A stretch of 64,000 nucleotides of DNA from Anaeromyxobacteraceae bacterium (GTDB lineage: Bacteria > Myxococcota > Myxococcia > Myxococcales > Anaeromyxobacteraceae). The position numbers and the translations under genes were made by a program. The notes under the pieces were generated by a model, which saw only the letters and a program-made list of their open reading frames with translations, did not search any database and was not told the origin of the DNA. How positions within the stretch are numbered: the stretch's first letter is position 1; every line of letters begins with the position of its first letter. This document shows, piece after piece, positions 7,812 to 18,612 of this stretch. The stretch lies in contig JAULAX010000015.1 in NCBI GenBank assembly GCA_032654565.1, forward strand, positions 1,184,001-1,248,000. Direction: 5' to 3'.

Positions 7812-9373
7812 GTGGTCACCGCGGCGGGAGGGGCGGCCGGGGCGGCGGCCGGGGCGGCGGGGGCGGCCCGCTCGTCGGGGGCGGCCGGCAGCCAGATGGT
7901 GAAGGTGGCCCCCTGGCCGGGGGCGCCGTCGCAGCGGACGGTGCCGCCGTGCTCCTGCACCACCTCCTGCACGAAGGCCAGCCCCAGCCCGGTGCCGCGC
8001 TCCTTGGTGGAGTAGAAGGGGTCGAAGAGGCGCGACATCGCCTCCGGGGCGATGCCGGCGCCGCTGTCGCCCACCGAGAGCTCGACGCCGTCGCCGGCCC
8101 GCCGCGCCGTCACCGTGAGGGTGCCGCCGCCGGGCATGGCCTCGCGGGCGTTGCGCACCAGGTTGAGCAGCACGGCGCGCAGCCGGGCCTCGTCGCCGCG
8201 GATGGCCGGCACCCCGGGCGGCAGCTCGCGCCGCACCTCGACGCGGGCCGCGGCCAGCTCCGGCGCCAGGAAGTCGAGCAGGTTGCCGACCAGCTCGGCG
8301 AGCTCCTGGCGGCCGCCCGGGCTGCGCGGGGCGCGGGCGAAGCGCAGGTACTCCTCGGTGAGGGCGTTGAGCCGGTCCACCTCGCGCGAGATGGCGGCGC
8401 ACAGGGCCCGGGCCTCGGGGGCGCCGCCGGGGATCCCCTCCAGCTCCTCGGCCAGCAGCTCGGCGTTGAGGCCGAGGGCGTTGAGCGGGTTGCGGACCTC
8501 GTGGGTGATCTGGGCGGAGATGCGCCCCACCGCCGCCAGCCGCTCGGCGCGCCGCAGCTCGCGCTGCTGCGAGAGCAGCGAGGCGGCCATGGCGTTGAAC
8601 TCGCGGGCCAGCAGGGTGAGCTCGTCGTTGCCCACCGGCACCACCTGGCGGGAGAGGTCGCCGGCGGCCACCGCCTTGACCCCCTCGGTGAGCTTCTCGA
8701 TGGGGGCCAGCAGGCGGCGGGCGAAGAGCGCCGCCCCCACCCCCACCATCAGGGCGATGGCCGAGTAGAGGATGATCAGCACCACGGTGCGCGACTCGGT
8801 GGCCTCGGCGGCGTGCACCTGGTCGGCGATGCGGCTCTCCAGCTGGGCCTGCAGCAGCTTGACGTCGAGCGAGAGCGACTTCTCCAGCAGCCGGGTCTCC
8901 TGGGCGCGGGCCTCCAGCAGCTCCGGGGCGCCCCCCTGCTCCAGCAGGTCGAGCAGGGCGTTGGCGGCGGCGTCGTACTGCAGCCAGCGGGCCGAGAGGG
9001 TGTCGAGCCGGGCGGTCACCTCGCCGAGCACCCGGGCGTCCTCCTCGCCGCCCAGCGCCGCGGCGGCGCGGGCCACGCGGCGCCCCTCCTCCAGCTTCTC
9101 GCGGACCAGCGCCGGGAAGTGGGCCCGGACCACCGGCAGGTAGGCGCGGCGCGCCGCCGGGTCCAGGTCACGCACCTCCAGGGCCCGCGAGGCCACCCAG
9201 TCCTTCACCTCCAGCTGGGTGGCGATCCGGCCCAGCGGGAAGTAGCCGGTGGTGAGCAGCTTCAGGTCGCGGCCGAGGTCCTGCAGGCGCGCCACCGCCA
9301 GCGCCGCCACCAGCCCGAAGGCGATGAGGGCGACGGCGAAGGTGAGGAAGATCCTGGTGGCGACTCGACGCAT
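7808..9373 (-). CDS. Membrane sensor histidine kinase with HAMP domain (NtrY/NtrB-like)
   Basis: Two transmembrane segments, HAMP, THEVRNPL, NLVRNA, DSGAGI, PFYSTK, GTGLGL. Confidence 0.92.
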   Translation of the reverse strand: MRRVATRIFLTFAVALIAFGLVAALAVARLQDLGRDLKLLTTGYFPLGRIATQLEVKDWVASRALEVRDLDPAARRAYLPVVRAHFPALVREKLEEGRRVARAAAALGGEEDARVLGEVTARLDTLSARWLQYDAAANALLDLLEQGGAPELLEARAQETRLLEKSLSLDVKLLQAQLESRIADQVHAAEATESRTVVLIILYSAIALMVGVGAALFARRLLAPIEKLTEGVKAVAAGDLSRQVVPVGNDELTLLAREFNAMAASLLSQQRELRRAERLAAVGRISAQITHEVRNPLNALGLNAELLAEELEGIPGGAPEARALCAAISREVDRLNALTEEYLRFARAPRSPGGRQELAELVGNLLDFLAPELAAARVEVRRELPPGVPAIRGDEARLRAVLLNLVRNAREAMPGGGTLTVTARRAGDGVELSVGDSGAGIAPEAMSRLFDPFYSTKERGTGLGLAFVQEVVQEHGGTVRCDGAPGQGATFTIWLPAAPDERAAPAAPAAAPAAPPAAVTT

Positions 9374-9473
9374 GAGGGGGGACATCCTACCGCTTCCCTT
9401 GGCGGCGGATCTTGGGTACCTAATGGAACCCCGTCGTCCGCACCAACCCGATCACCGTCCACCGGAGTTCGCC

Positions 9474-10364
9474 ATGACCGGCTTCGCCATGCTGCTCGCG
9501 CTCGGAGGCGTCCTCGCCGCCGTCGCCTTCTTCATGCACTCGCGCACCGCCCGGGCCGAGGCCGCGGCGCTGGCCGGGCAGATCGACGCCGCCCGGGCCG
9601 AGGCGGCCGCCGCCAGGGAGGCGCTGGCCGCCCAGAAGGGGGAGCTCAAGGAGAAGCGCGAGGAGGCCGGGTCGCTGCGCCTGAAGCTGGACGAGGTGAA
9701 GAAGAAGTCCTTCGAGCAGGTCGAGGCGCAGAAGAAGCTGGGCGGCGCCGTGGCGCTGCGCGAGGAGCTGGACAAGCTGGCGGCCCGGCTGGCCGAGGCC
9801 CGCTCCGAGGCGGCCCACCAGGTGGAGGTGGCCCGGGCGGCCGAGGCGGCGCGGGCCAGGGCGGTGCAGGAGGCCGAGCGGTCCAAGGCGGCGCTCGACC
9901 GCAAGCTGGCCGAGCCGGTCAAGGAGGCCCCGCCGCCCAAGCCGCCCCCCGCCGAGGGGAGCGTCGAGGCCGAGCTGCAGGCGAAGCTGGCCGCCGAGAC
10001 CGAGCGGGCCAACCAGGGCGAGGCGCGCGCCACCGAGCTGCGCAAGAAGCTCTCCGAGCTGGAGAAGGAGCTGAAGGTCGCGCGCGGCAAGAGCGAGACC
10101 GACCGGCGGGTCTTCATCGTCCAGAAGGGCGAGGTCGACCTGGCCCACGACCGCTACACCGAGCTGAAGAAGCGCCACGACCAGCTGCGCCGCGAGCACG
10201 AGGAGCTGATCGAGGCGGTGCGCCAGGCGGCCCGCGAGGAGCGGCAGCAGGCCGAGGGGAAGGGTGGCGCGGTGAAGGCGGCGGTGACCGCGAGCGCCGA
10301 GGCGGCCATGGTCGACGAGGGCGGGTCCGAGCCGAAGCCGGTGGAGCCGCCGGCCGCAGGCTAG
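9474..10364 (+). CDS. N-terminally membrane-anchored coiled-coil protein of unknown function
   Basis: Hydrophobic N-terminus followed by long E/K/A/R heptad-rich helices. GGAG precedes ATG 9474. Confidence 0.75.
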   Translation: MTGFAMLLALGGVLAAVAFFMHSRTARAEAAALAGQIDAARAEAAAAREALAAQKGELKEKREEAGSLRLKLDEVKKKSFEQVEAQKKLGGAVALREELDKLAARLAEARSEAAHQVEVARAAEAARARAVQEAERSKAALDRKLAEPVKEAPPPKPPPAEGSVEAELQAKLAAETERANQGEARATELRKKLSELEKELKVARGKSETDRRVFIVQKGEVDLAHDRYTELKKRHDQLRREHEELIEAVRQAAREERQQAEGKGGAVKAAVTASAEAAMVDEGGSEPKPVEPPAAG

Positions 10365-10404
10365 GGAGCCGTTCTCCGCCGGGCCCCGCCGGACCGCGGT
10401 CCGG

Positions 10405-10815
10405 CTAGAGGAATGTCTTGGAGAAGGCCCGGGGCAGCAGCGCGCCCAGCGTGGTCTGGTCGCGGGCGCCGCGGGCCCCGAGCAGGACGACCGGGAGCGC
10501 CGCCGAGCCGAACTCGGTGAGCACCTGCAGGCAGGCGCCGCAGGGTGGGGTGGGGGGCGAGGTGCCGCTCGACACCACCACGGCGTCGAGCCGCCGGGCG
10601 CCGGCCAGCACCGCCGCCGCCACCGCGTTCCGCTCGGCGCAGACCGTCAGGCCGGAGCTGGCGTTCTCCACGTTGCAGCCGGCGTGGACCGCGCCGCCGG
10701 CCCAGACCGCCGCCCCCACCTGGAAGCGGCTGTAGGGGGCGTGGGCCCGGGTCCGGGCCTTTCGCGCCGCGGCCGCCAGCCGGGCCAGCGGCAGGGCGGG
10801 GCGGGGCGGGCTCAC
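10405..10815 (-). CDS. cdd: Cytidine deaminase
   Basis: APYSRFQVGAA, GCNVENAS, CAERNA, PCGACLQ. GTG 10815 overlaps the PilZ gene stop. Confidence 0.93.
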   Translation of the reverse strand: MSPPRPALPLARLAAAARKARTRAHAPYSRFQVGAAVWAGGAVHAGCNVENASSGLTVCAERNAVAAAVLAGARRLDAVVVSSGTSPPTPPCGACLQVLTEFGSAALPVVLLGARGARDQTTLGALLPRAFSKTFL

Positions 10816-11144
10816 GCCGCGCCGGCCGCCTGGAGGAAGCGGGCCACCGCCAGCTCCGACTCCAGCGGGATGTCGGTGAAGCGCATGTGGGCGCCGAAGA
10901 CCTCGCCGTCCAGCGAGACCCGCAGCACCTCGCCGAGCGCCATGATCTCGTCGGGGTGGCCGGGCAGGAGGAAGCGGACCTCGACCACGGCGCCGACCGG
11001 CGGGTGGAGGCCGGCGTAGTAGATGCCGCCGAGCGCCAGGTTCCCGTCCCGCTCCACGAAGGAGCCGCCGGTGGCCGCCTCCCGGACCTGGAAGCGGAAC
11101 GGCACCCGCCGACTCTCGCGTCTCTCGTCGTACGACTCCGCCAT
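10812..11144 (-). CDS. Single-domain PilZ protein
   Basis: ERRESRRVP (RxxxR), NLALGG (variant of D/NxSxxG), GEVLRV...MRF. Confidence 0.82.
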   Translation of the reverse strand: MAESYDERRESRRVPFRFQVREAATGGSFVERDGNLALGGIYYAGLHPPVGAVVEVRFLLPGHPDEIMALGEVLRVSLDGEVFGAHMRFTDIPLESELAVARFLQAAGAA

Positions 11145-11161
11145 CGACTCCTCCAGCGACC

Positions 11162-11190
11162 ACGCTACCAGCCGGAGGGCGGCGATTCAA
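11162..11190 (-). promoter_or_regulatory. Internal sigma70-like promoter for pilZ-cdd
   Basis: Minus strand TTGAAT-N17-TAGCGT, followed by a GGAGG ribosome-binding site. Confidence 0.55.
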
Positions 11191-12031
11191 CGCGCCGCGC
11201 GTGGCAGGAACGCGGCCAGCACCGCCTCCAGCGCCGCCGCCGCCCGCGCCGCCACCGCCTGCACGTCCTCGTGCGTCAAGCGCACGCCGGAGAGCCCGGC
11301 CGCCGGGTTGGTGACCAGCGACAGGCCGGCCACCGGGACGCCGTGGTGGCGGGCCGCGGTGACCTCGTGGACCGTGGACATGCCCACCAGGTCGGCCCCC
11401 AGCGCCGCCAGCATGCGGATCTCGGCCGGGGTCTCGTAGGCCGGGCCGTGCATCCCGGCGTAGACGCCGCGGCGCAGCGGGTGGCCGGCCTCCACGGCGG
11501 CCGCCTCCAGCAGCGCCCCCAGGGCCGGGTCGTAGGCCGCCCCCATGTCGGGGAAGCGCGGGCCGACGGCGTCGTCGTTGTCGCCGGTGAGGGCGCTCTG
11601 GCCGGTCAGGTTGAGGTGGTCGGTGATGCGGACCAGCGCGCCGGGGCCGAAGCCGGGGGCGATGCCGCCGGCGGCGTTGGTCACCAGCAGCGCCTTCACC
11701 CCCAGCGAACAGAGCACCCGGGCCCCGAAGGCCACCTCGGCGGCGCTCCAGCCCTCGTAGCCGTGGACCCGCCCCTGCATCAGCGCCACCCGCACCGGGC
11801 CGCCGGCCGCCGGCAGGTCGCCCACCACCAGCCGCCCCTCGTGGCCCTCCACCCGCGAGATCGGGAAGCCGGGGAGCTCGCCGTAGGGGATGGCCACGGC
11901 CCGCTCCAGCCGCCCGGCGAAGCCGCCCAGGCCGGAGCCGAGGATGGCCGCCACCTGCGGCGGGGCGCCGGTGCGGGCGCGGATCAGCGACGTGACCGAG
12001 GCCAGGTGGGCGGAGAGCGAGCGGAACGGGC

Positions 12032-12035
<4 letters not shown>
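11187..12035 (-). CDS. punA: Purine nucleoside phosphorylase (trimeric type)
   Basis: ILGSGLG, GH.GRL, GRVHGYEG, TNAAGG, GPAYETPAE, VGMSTVHE. Confidence 0.93.
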
Positions 12036-13348
<1,313 letters not shown>

Positions 13349-13381
13349 GCCGGCTCCCCGTGAGCGCCGCTCACCAGACGC

Positions 13382-13765
13382 TCACCAGATGATCGAGTCG
13401 ACCAGCTCGTCCACCATGTCGCCCAGCTTCTCGATGCCGCGCGACTTGGAGAGGTAGCCGTCGGCGCCGGCCTGCTCGGCGATCTCGGCCAGCTCCTCGT
13501 CCGGCTTGGAGCTGAAGAGGATGATGGGGATGCGCTCGGTGTGGAAGTCCTGCTTGAGCACCCGGACGATGTCCTTGCCGGAGATGTCCGGCATCATCAG
13601 GTCGGTGAGGATGACCTCGGGCTGGAAGCGCTCCAGCTCGGCCTGGAACTCGAGCAGGGTGGCGGCCACCACCACCTCGTAGCCGCGCTCCTCGAGCACG
13701 GACCGCTCCATCTCCAGCGTGATGGCGGAGTCGTCGAGCAGCAGGATCTTCTTCTTTCCAGCCAT
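13382..13765 (-). CDS. Single-domain response regulator (FrzX-like candidate)
   Basis: ILLLDDS...ILTDLMMP...FSS...YLSK, directly downstream of frzF. Confidence 0.85.
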   Translation of the reverse strand: MAGKKKILLLDDSAITLEMERSVLEERGYEVVVAATLLEFQAELERFQPEVILTDLMMPDISGKDIVRVLKQDFHTERIPIILFSSKPDEELAEIAEQAGADGYLSKSRGIEKLGDMVDELVDSIIW

Positions 13766-13780
13766 CAGGTCTCGTCGGTC

Positions 13781-15286
13781 CTAGAGCGCGGCCAGGGCGT
13801 ACTCGGCGGCGCGGGCGAAGGCGGCCCCGTCCTCGGGGAGGTCCGGATAATACCCCAGGAAGGCCTGCCGCTTGCCGATGGGGAGCCGGCGGTGGGCCTC
13901 CATGGCGTTGCGGTAGGCCAGCCGGGCCCGCTGCGGGTCGCGCTGGGCCTCGCGGCAGCGCCCCAGGTAGTAGTGGGCCAGCGCCAGGTCGGGGTCGAGG
14001 AAGAGGGCCCGCGACAGCTCCAGCGCCGCGCCGTCGGCCTCGGCCTGCGAGAGCAGGTGGATGCCGTAGAAGACGTGGGCCTCGGCGCTGAGCGGCTCGA
14101 CCGCCAGCGCCGCCTGGTAGCACTGGCCGGCCCGGTCGAACTGGCGCAGCACCCCGTAGAGGTTGGCCAGCGTCAGCCGCACCGCCAGCCCCTCGCCGCC
14201 CTGCTCCAGGTGGCGCTCCAGCAGCTCGCGGGCGGCGCCGAAGCGCCCCTCCGAGAACAGGGCCACCGCGGCGTCGAGGAACTCCTGGGGGGCCAGCGGG
14301 GCCTCGGCCGGGGGCGGGGGCGGCGGCTGGTGCCCGGTGAAGGGGAGCCGGGCCGGGGCCATCGCCGGCGGCGTCGGCACCTGGACGTGGCGCACCGCCG
14401 GCGGCGCCGAGAGGGCCAGGCGCGACGGGCGGGGCGGGGCGCGGACCGACCCGTCCTCCGGCTTGCGGTACAGGAAGGCGCCGTTCACCTCGGTGAGGTC
14501 GAAGCCGTCGAAGAGCCGGAACAGCGACTCCGAGTAGCCGAGGAAGAGCCAGCCCCCCGGGGCCAGCGCCTGGTGGAACTGCTCCAGCACCCGCCGGGTG
14601 GTGGGGGTGTCGAAGTAGATGATGACGTTGCGGCAGAAGATGACGTCCCAGCCGCCGACCCGCGGCGAGGGGAAGCCCACCGAGACCAGGTTGTGGGCGC
14701 GGATGGCGGTGATGAAGCGGCGCAGCGAGGCGCGCACCCGCCAGGCGTCCCCCTCGCGGTCGAAGTGCTGGCCGAGCAGGTTGGTGGGGATGTCGCGGAC
14801 CCGGCGCGCCTCGTAGAGCCCGCGCGCCGCCGCCCCCACCGCCTCGGGGTTGACGTCGGTGGCCAGCAGCTCCACCTGGCCGGGCTGGAAGCCACGGTCG
14901 GCGCAGCACATGGCGATCGAGTAGGGCTCCTCGCCGGTGGCGCAGCCGGCCGACCAGATGCGCAACGGCTGGCCGCCGTCGCCGGTGCGGTCGAGGAACC
15001 CGGGCAGCAGGGCGTCGAGGGCCTGGAACTGCCGCTCGTCGCGGAAGAAGCTGGTCTTGCCCACCGTCACCAGCGGCAGCAGCTGGCGCAGCTCCTCGTC
15101 GCCGGCCGTCCCGGCCAGCAGCGCCAGGTACTCGTCGGCGCCGGGGGCGGTCTCGCGGAGCAGGTCGAGCCGGGCCAGCAGCGCCAGCTTGAGCGACGAG
15201 TAGCTGTCGGGCCGGATGTGCAGCCCGACCCGCTCCTTGAGCAGGCCGGCCAGCTCGGCCAGGTGGCTGGTCTCGATGTCGCTCAT
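13781..15286 (-). CDS. frzF: CheR methyltransferase with TPR repeats
   Basis: TSFFRD, WSAGCATGEEPYSIA, DVIFCRNVIIYF, and C-terminal TPRs. Confidence 0.92.
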   Translation of the reverse strand: MSDIETSHLAELAGLLKERVGLHIRPDSYSSLKLALLARLDLLRETAPGADEYLALLAGTAGDEELRQLLPLVTVGKTSFFRDERQFQALDALLPGFLDRTGDGGQPLRIWSAGCATGEEPYSIAMCCADRGFQPGQVELLATDVNPEAVGAAARGLYEARRVRDIPTNLLGQHFDREGDAWRVRASLRRFITAIRAHNLVSVGFPSPRVGGWDVIFCRNVIIYFDTPTTRRVLEQFHQALAPGGWLFLGYSESLFRLFDGFDLTEVNGAFLYRKPEDGSVRAPPRPSRLALSAPPAVRHVQVPTPPAMAPARLPFTGHQPPPPPPAEAPLAPQEFLDAAVALFSEGRFGAARELLERHLEQGGEGLAVRLTLANLYGVLRQFDRAGQCYQAALAVEPLSAEAHVFYGIHLLSQAEADGAALELSRALFLDPDLALAHYYLGRCREAQRDPQRARLAYRNAMEAHRRLPIGKRQAFLGYYPDLPEDGAAFARAAEYALAAL

Positions 15287-16305
15287 TCGGTGAGCGCCAC
15301 CAGCGCCCGGGGGAGCTCCTCGAGCGGCAGCACCCGGTCCACCGCCCCGAGGTCGATGGCCGCCTTGGCCATGCCGAAGACGGCGCTGCTCGGCTCGTCC
15401 TGGGCCAGGGTGGGGCCGCCGGCGTCGTGCAGCACCTTGAGGCCGGCGGCGCCGTCGTGTCCCATGCCGGTGAGGATGACGCCGCAGGCGCGGGCCCCGT
15501 AGGCGGCGGCCGCCGAGTGGAAGAGCGGCGTCACCGAGGGCTTGAAGGTGTCCACCGGCGGCCCGTCGGAGAGCCGCACCAGCCCCTCGTGGACCAGCAG
15601 GTGGCGGCCGCTGGGGGCCAGCAGCACGTGGCCGGGGCGGAGCAGGTCGCCGTCGACGGCCTGGTGCACCCGCAGGTGGCACTCCAGCGAGAGCCAGCTG
15701 GCCAGCCCCTCGGTGAAGCCGTCGGCGATGTGCTGCACCACGGCGATGCCCACCGGGAAGGTGGGCGGCAGCCCCCGCAGCAGCGCCGCCAGCGCCCGGG
15801 GGCCGCCCAGCGAGGCGCCCACCACCACCACGTCGGCGCGCCGCGACGATCGCGGCGGCGGCGGCAGCTTGCGCTCGCGCAGCCCGCGCAGGTGGCGGAT
15901 CACCTTGACCCCGGAGAGCAGCCGCAGCCGGGAGCGGATCTCGGCGCCGTAGGCCTCCAGGTCGGCGTTGGCCCCCGGCTTCTCGAGGATGTCGAGCGCC
16001 CCCAGCGAGAGCGCCTTGAACCCCACCACCTCGGCCTTGTTCCCGGTCAGCACCATGATGGGCGTGGGGGTGTCGGCCATGATGCGCGCGATGCCGGAGA
16101 AGCCGTCGGCGTCGGGCATGTTGAGGTCCATGGTGATGACGTCGGGCCTGAGCTCGTGGGCCAGCCGGGCCGCGGCGTTGCCGTCGGCCGCCACCGCCAC
16201 CACCTCGAAGGTCGGGTCGGCGCCGATGACCCGCGACAGCAGCTCCCGGAAGAGCTCCGAGTCGTCGGCCACCAGGACGCGGGTGCGCGCCTCGCCCTTG
16301 CTCAC
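15283..16305 (-). CDS. frzG: CheB methylesterase (REC-CheB)
   Basis: Receiver, then GASLGGP, VQHI, FKPSV, ILTGMGHDGA, VFGM. Confidence 0.92.
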   Translation of the reverse strand: MSKGEARTRVLVADDSELFRELLSRVIGADPTFEVVAVAADGNAAARLAHELRPDVITMDLNMPDADGFSGIARIMADTPTPIMVLTGNKAEVVGFKALSLGALDILEKPGANADLEAYGAEIRSRLRLLSGVKVIRHLRGLRERKLPPPPRSSRRADVVVVGASLGGPRALAALLRGLPPTFPVGIAVVQHIADGFTEGLASWLSLECHLRVHQAVDGDLLRPGHVLLAPSGRHLLVHEGLVRLSDGPPVDTFKPSVTPLFHSAAAAYGARACGVILTGMGHDGAAGLKVLHDAGGPTLAQDEPSSAVFGMAKAAIDLGAVDRVLPLEELPRALVALTE

Positions 16306-18578
16306 CCGGGGACCCCGCAGAGCCGCTCCAGCGCCCCGGCCAGCACCTCGGCGTCGAGCTCGCCCTTGACCATGTAGGCGTCGGCGCCGGCGTCGACGCC
16401 GCGGCGCCGCTCCTCGGGCGCCGAGAGCGAGGAGAGGATGAGGATGGGCAGCTTGTGGAAGCGCGGCGTGGCCTTGACCCGGCGGGTCAGGTCGATGCCG
16501 TCGAGCACCGGCATCTGCACGTCGGTGATGAGCAGGTGGTAGCCGCCCTGCTGCAGCCGCTCCCAGCCGTCCTCGCCGTCCACCGCCTCGTCCACCTCGT
16601 GGCCCAGCGAGCGCAGCAGCGCCGCCTCGGCCTCGCGGGCGATGGCCGAGTCGTCCACCAGCAGCAGCCGCAGCCGGCGGCGGTCGCGGCCCCGCGACAT
16701 GGCCGGCGAGGCCAGGCGGCGGGCCGCGGTGATGACGTCGGGGGTGGAGAGCAGCAGCGCCACCCGCCCGTCCTCCAGCGCCGCGGCGCCGGTGACGAAG
16801 CGCATCCCCTTCAGGAAGGCGCCGGGGGCCTTGACCGCCACCTCGCGCTCGCCGAAGAGGCCGTCGACCACCACCGCCGCCCCCTCGTCGCCGTGCAGCA
16901 CGTAGGCCACGGTGGGGCGCGGGTGGCGGGGGCCGCCGTTGAGCGAGAGCAGCGGCCCCAGGGCCACCAGCGGCAGCAGCCTGTCGCGGTAGCGGACCGC
17001 CCGGATGCCCGCCACCTCGGCGACGTCCTTGGCGTCGAGGCGGCCGACGCTGTCGACGTCCACCGCCGGCAGGCCGTAGACGTCCTCGTCGATGCGCACC
17101 AGCAGCACCTTCATCAGCGACAGCGACTGGGGCAGGCGCAGGGTGAAGCGGGTCCACTTCCCCGCCTCCGACTCCACGGTCACCGAGCCGCCCAGCGCCG
17201 TCACCTTGCGCCGCACCACGTCCAGCCCCACCCCCCGGCCGCTGGTCTCGCCGGCCTGGTCGCGGGTGGAGAAGCCGGGCAGGAAGATGAGATCGAGGGC
17301 GGCCCGCGAGGAGAGGCTGGCGGCCTGCTGCTCGCCGATGACCCCGCGGGCCAGCGCCGCGGCGCGGATCTTCTGCGGGCTGATGCCGCGGCCGTCGTCC
17401 TCCACCACCAGCCCCAGCAGGTCGCCGTCGGAGCGGGCGGTGATGGTGAGCCGGCCCACCGGCGGCTTGCCGGCGGCGACCCGCTCGGCCGGGGTCTCGA
17501 CGCCGTGGTCGATGGAGTTGCGGACCAGGTGGACCAGCGGATCGTTGAGCGAGAGCAGGATGGCCTTGTCGACGCCGTTCTCGCCGCCGGAGACCTCGCA
17601 GTCGAGCTCCTTGCCCTGCTCGCGCGCCATCTCGCGGGCGGCGCGGGGGAAGCCGGCCAGCACCCCGGAGAGCGGGATGAGCCGGGCCGAGCCGACCCGC
17701 TCGGCCAGCAGCGTGAACTGGGCGCGCGCCCCCTGCACCGCCTCGGAGTGGGTGCGCGAGAAGCGGAAGGTGTCGGAGCGGAGCAGGTGGACGTCGCCCT
17801 CCAGCTGCTCCACGGTCCGGTCGCCGAGGCCGTCGTGGCGCAGCCGCTCGGCCAGCGCCACCACCCGGTCGGAGACCCGGTTCCAGCGGGCGAAGAGGCC
17901 GTCGAGGTCGCGGGCCCGGCGGTTGGCGCGGGCCCCCTCCACCAGCACGTCGCCGGCGATGGCGGCGATCTCGTCGAGCCGGTCGACGTCGACGCGGATC
18001 GAGGCCTGGACCTTGTCGCCGCGCAGCTCGAGGCGGGGGGTGGCGCGCAGGCCGCCGGCCTCGGCGCGCGGGGCGTCGGGCGGGGGCGGCGCGGGGGTGG
18101 AGGACGGGGGCGCGGACGGGGCGATGGCCTGGCCTCCGGCCGGGGGCGGCGCGGGCGCCTCGACGGCGGCGGGGCCCGGCGCGGCCGGCGCGGTGGCGGC
18201 GGGGGCGGCGCCGATCAGCCCGGTGAGCCGGGCCACCAGAGACTCGGCGGCCGGGCCGACCTCGAGCGGCTGGTCGAGCATGGCCAGCACCGCGTCGCCG
18301 GCCTCCAGCAGCGCCTGGGCCTGGTCGCGCGACGGGGTGGCGCCGCAGCTCTTGAGCAGCTCCTCCTCGGCGTGGACCACCACCGAGATGGCAGCGAAGC
18401 CCATCATCCGGGCCTCGCCCTTCAGCGTGTGGAGCTCGCGGTCCAGCTCCTGGCGCTGCTCGATGCTGGCGGTGCCGCGCTCCAGCAGCAGCAGCACGGC
18501 GGAGATCTTCTCCACCCGGTCGGCGGTCATCTCCCGGAACCGGGGGAGCAGCTTCTGTCGGATCTCCTCGGTGCCCAT
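16302..18578 (-). CDS. frzE: CheA-CheY hybrid kinase
   Basis: HPt LHTLKGEAR, HLVRNSIDHG, DDGRGI, GRGVGLDVV, CheW domain, C-terminal receiver. Confidence 0.93.
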   Translation of the reverse strand: MGTEEIRQKLLPRFREMTADRVEKISAVLLLLERGTASIEQRQELDRELHTLKGEARMMGFAAISVVVHAEEELLKSCGATPSRDQAQALLEAGDAVLAMLDQPLEVGPAAESLVARLTGLIGAAPAATAPAAPGPAAVEAPAPPPAGGQAIAPSAPPSSTPAPPPPDAPRAEAGGLRATPRLELRGDKVQASIRVDVDRLDEIAAIAGDVLVEGARANRRARDLDGLFARWNRVSDRVVALAERLRHDGLGDRTVEQLEGDVHLLRSDTFRFSRTHSEAVQGARAQFTLLAERVGSARLIPLSGVLAGFPRAAREMAREQGKELDCEVSGGENGVDKAILLSLNDPLVHLVRNSIDHGVETPAERVAAGKPPVGRLTITARSDGDLLGLVVEDDGRGISPQKIRAAALARGVIGEQQAASLSSRAALDLIFLPGFSTRDQAGETSGRGVGLDVVRRKVTALGGSVTVESEAGKWTRFTLRLPQSLSLMKVLLVRIDEDVYGLPAVDVDSVGRLDAKDVAEVAGIRAVRYRDRLLPLVALGPLLSLNGGPRHPRPTVAYVLHGDEGAAVVVDGLFGEREVAVKAPGAFLKGMRFVTGAAALEDGRVALLLSTPDVITAARRLASPAMSRGRDRRRLRLLLVDDSAIAREAEAALLRSLGHEVDEAVDGEDGWERLQQGGYHLLITDVQMPVLDGIDLTRRVKATPRFHKLPILILSSLSAPEERRRGVDAGADAYMVKGELDAEVLAGALERLCGVPG

Positions 18579-18612
18579 GGCGGACGCGGCGGCGGCGGGG
18601 GTGGCTGGAGGG

